Positions 35,316 through 37,780 of a stretch of DNA of 37,780 nt are shown here, one piece after another; position 1 is the stretch's first letter; the number at the start of each line of letters is the position of its first letter. The DNA is from a virus (taxonomy: Duplodnaviria; Caudoviricetes). The stretch spans positions 1 through 37,780 of the IMG/VR virus record IMGVR_UViG_3300020042_008470, one strand, 5' to 3'. The translations under genes and the position numbers were made by a program. The notes below the pieces were generated by a model. That model was not told the origin of the DNA. It searched no databases and worked only from the letters and a program-made list of their open reading frames with translations.

Positions 35316-36146
35316 TCAAGGCATTAACTGATCATATCTAATTTGAATGGGTTTGTCTGACCCAACCGCCACTTGCATTGTACTTAAAACTTGGTTCCAC
35401 TCCATATTGGGCCAGATGCTTGAACATAATTGCATTAACTCAATGTGCGTGAATGTCCTGACATGACCAAGCTCTCTGTTGCGCCAATCAGACATGCCGC
35501 CGCCCATACATCCAAACGGAGTCGAAATCATAACCCCATTGGCCGGCACCTTAGATGCCCAGTGCTGTAGTGTGGCCTTAGTGTCCCAAAGATGTTCAAT
35601 CACTTCAAAACAAACAAATATATTAAACGTGTTTAGTTTCTTAACGTCGTGTTTTTTTAACAAATCCTCAACAGTCTGACTCACTTGCTTATTAACGTTT
35701 TCAAACCGATAGCCAAAGTCTAAACCACAAGCATCTAGATATTTAAGTACTGAAAAGTTACCTGGGCAAAACTCATACACGTTAACGTTAAAGCCCATTT
35801 TAATAATATCTTGAACGAAGTATTTTAAGATCGTAATGCGCGGGTAATAACGAAGGTCACGACCAATATCAAGACCATTCAACGGTTCAAATTCATCTGG
35901 ATCTCTAGAGTAATCGAATACCGTCCAAACCTTAGCTAACAAATCACGTTTTAGATTAACCGCTCTGACCGGCGGGTTTATTTTATACCAGGCCGGCATA
36001 CTCTCAAGCATTTGAAGAGCAAAGATTAACTCGTCAGCAACAATCATGTGCTCAACCGCATCTAGGTAAACGTCAGCGTCAAAGTAGTAGGGCCGGCCTA
36101 GGTTAGTCGCACTCATCTCTTCGTATTGTTTTTTAAATTGCATCAC
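35316..36146 (-). CDS. Class I SAM-dependent methyltransferase-like protein (non-DNA type)
   Basis: VYEFCPGN (motif I-like), FVCFEVIEHL, GVMISTP, GHVRTF. Confidence 0.7.
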   Translation of the reverse strand: MMQFKKQYEEMSATNLGRPYYFDADVYLDAVEHMIVADELIFALQMLESMPAWYKINPPVRAVNLKRDLLAKVWTVFDYSRDPDEFEPLNGLDIGRDLRYYPRITILKYFVQDIIKMGFNVNVYEFCPGNFSVLKYLDACGLDFGYRFENVNKQVSQTVEDLLKKHDVKKLNTFNIFVCFEVIEHLWDTKATLQHWASKVPANGVMISTPFGCMGGGMSDWRNRELGHVRTFTHIELMQLCSSIWPNMEWNQVLSTMQVAVGSDKPIQIRYDQLMP

Positions 36147-36568
36147 TAACCCCTGTTGTTAAAACTTTTACCCGGGAAGCGCAGGCTCATTAGGTCGGAA
36201 TCCCCCTACCCCCTTAACTAAAAGTTAGTCAAGAGATCCCTCTTTTACCCTCTCGCTTGGCTCGCCCGCCTCTGACTATAGTTTCTCTTTAGCACGTCTT
36301 GTGCAAGGTGGACTTAGCATGTCAGTCGCACACGGATTCGATATACCGTGCCCCCATATCTTGCCACAACTACACGGCTTAACCGTGGGTACAACTACAA
36401 ACTGCAATACTAGCTATTGTAATTGTTTCATCACTCACAACAGAGTCGATGGAACTGATACGTTTTTGGCTACCCTGGAATTATTTACAACCTTGTCTGT
36501 TATTATTTCAACTACTTGATTTATTTTAACCATAGCGTTAAGACCAAAGCCTCAAAAGGTAGGTGTGT

Positions 36569-37171
36569 ATGAAATTAGCGGGTGCGCTTTGTGCTGTTCA
36601 AAAAGAATTAAGGCCAATATTAAAGAATGCTGAAAACCCCCACTTTAGGTCAAGCTATGTCGACCTAGCCGGTGTTTGTGACGTTGTCTTACCGCTACTA
36701 TCTAAACATGGGTTGTCTGTTGCCCAAGTTGGTAAAATCATCGATACACGGTTTGTCTTAGTCACGCGCCTCTATCTAGGTGAAGAGTCTATTGAGTCTG
36801 AGTGGCCAGTCATATCAGATAAACAAACCCCGCAAGCCATCGGGTCCGCCGTTACATACGCCAGACGTTATTCTTTAATGGCTTTGGTTGGTGCTAGCTC
36901 AACAGACGACGACGACGGCAATGAAGCTTCATCACGAGAAGTGGTTAAAACGCCAAGTGTGCCGATAGCAGCGCGTTATGCCCCGCCCGCTCAAGTTGTT
37001 TTGCCGGCTCCAGATGAGTCGCTTATAAACCGAATAAACGCTATGGCTAAACGTAAGAACGTATCAAATGCAGACCTTAAAAAAATGATTGAAAACCTTG
37101 GTAAAAAGAAATCAACGGAGTGTAGCCCCGAAGAGCTTGGGTCAATTCTAGCTTTTTTAGAAAATAAGTAA
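36569..37171 (+). CDS. erf: ERF-family single-strand annealing protein
   Basis: NPHFRSSYVDL, PQAIGSAVTYARRYSL..L.G...DDDGN. Confidence 0.92.
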   Translation: MKLAGALCAVQKELRPILKNAENPHFRSSYVDLAGVCDVVLPLLSKHGLSVAQVGKIIDTRFVLVTRLYLGEESIESEWPVISDKQTPQAIGSAVTYARRYSLMALVGASSTDDDDGNEASSREVVKTPSVPIAARYAPPAQVVLPAPDESLINRINAMAKRKNVSNADLKKMIENLGKKKSTECSPEELGSILAFLENK

Positions 37172-37185
37172 AAGGGGGATAAAAA

Positions 37186-37455
37186 ATGAAAAATTTAGGC
37201 GTGCAGTGCGTAGTTTTACAAAGAGGATGGGTTGTTATTGGCTATCTAGAAAAGAACAAAGAAATGTATTCGCTAAAAAAAGCAAGTGTCGTTCGTAATT
37301 GGGGTACGACAAAAGGGCTTGGTGAATTGATTAAATCGGGGCCACTTAGCAATACGAAACTTGACCCAACAAACGGTACAGTAAGATTTCATGAATTAAC
37401 TGTTGTTATGCGAGTGAAATGTGATGAGGCGTTATGGTCAAAGCATCTAGCTTAG
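37186..37455 (+). CDS. Small phage beta-barrel-like protein of the type often found upstream of Gly-rich repeat ORFs
   Basis: RGWVVIG, R.WGTTKGLGEL...GP....LD motifs. Confidence 0.6.
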   Translation: MKNLGVQCVVLQRGWVVIGYLEKNKEMYSLKKASVVRNWGTTKGLGELIKSGPLSNTKLDPTNGTVRFHELTVVMRVKCDEALWSKHLA

Positions 37456-37700
37456 GCGAAGATAGTCAAACTATTGGATTAAATAACGGCGACGGCAACG
37501 GCTACGCCAACGGCGACGGAAACGGCTACGGCTACGGCAACGCCAACGGCAACGGCGACGGCAACGGCAACGGCGACGGCTACGGCTACGGCAACGGCTA
37601 CGGCTACGGCTACGGCTACGGCAACGCCAGCGGCGACGGCAACGGCTACGGCTACGGCTACGGCTACGGCAACGGCGACGGCAACGGCTACGGCGGGTAG
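37434..37700 (+). CDS. Gly-X (N/D/Y) dipeptide repeat protein
   Basis: Encoded by a GGC(T/A/G)AC hexamer array at about 37485-37695. Confidence 0.7.
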   Translation: MVKASSLGEDSQTIGLNNGDGNGYANGDGNGYGYGNANGNGDGNGNGDGYGYGNGYGYGYGYGNASGDGNGYGYGYGYGNGDGNGYGG

Positions 37701-37780
37701 TTATGGGTCCAAATAATCTGACTGAGTTTTTCTTAGGGTTTTTTAATCTAGTTATAATGCTCGCCTATGTCGGGTTTTTA
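37660..37780. repeat. Terminal direct repeat, right copy
   Basis: Identical to 1-121. Confidence 0.95.

Noticed and set aside
36373-36387. CACGGCTTAACCGTG resembles a 16S rRNA helix
   Set aside because: Only 15 nt with no surrounding rRNA similarity; no rRNA or tRNA gene was seen.
36301-36519. 72-aa ORF in the intergenic region
   Set aside because: No SD and unusual composition; it coincides with the inverted-repeat cluster.
37485-37695. CRISPR array or DGR template repeat (AAC-rich)
   Set aside because: It is a simple hexamer coding repeat with no spacers; there is no reverse transcriptase or TR/VR pair in the genome.
1-37780. Alternative genetic code (stop-codon reassignment) as an explanation for split genes
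   Set aside because: Standard code gives dense, long ORFs, and TAA, TAG and TGA all end genes at overlap-coupled junctions.

Overview
The window is an apparently complete, circularly assembled ~37.66 kb tailed phage genome with podovirus-like organisation; bases 1-121 repeat 37660-37780. The + strand arm (~33.9 kb through the origin to 3.6 kb) encodes early/recombination genes: ERF annealase, SSB, Gp157-like, a small methyltransferase, RusA-like and a lipoprotein. The long - strand late operon encodes HNH, ParB-methyltransferase, TerS, TerL, portal, scaffold, major capsid, adaptor, two nozzle paralogs, ejection proteins and a lysis cassette. I could not recognise any integrase, repressor, DNA polymerase, primase or helicase. 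Most notable observations: (1) The large terminase is split into two separately translated genes about 3.9 kb apart, with eight same-strand genes between them. (2) A candidate antisense/riboregulator system: a 70-nt + strand hairpin whose 13-nt loop is complementary to a motif covering the RBS of three phage ORFs, and whose stem hides the SD of a small membrane peptide. (3) A near-consensus sigma28/FliA promoter pointing antisense into the late region. (4) A GT2-TPR-GT4 glycosyltransferase in the virion module, plus many G-x-[T/S] motifs in structural proteins, suggesting virion glycosylation. (5) Three tandem paralog pairs of structural genes. All functional calls come from motifs and synteny read by eye; no database searches were run.
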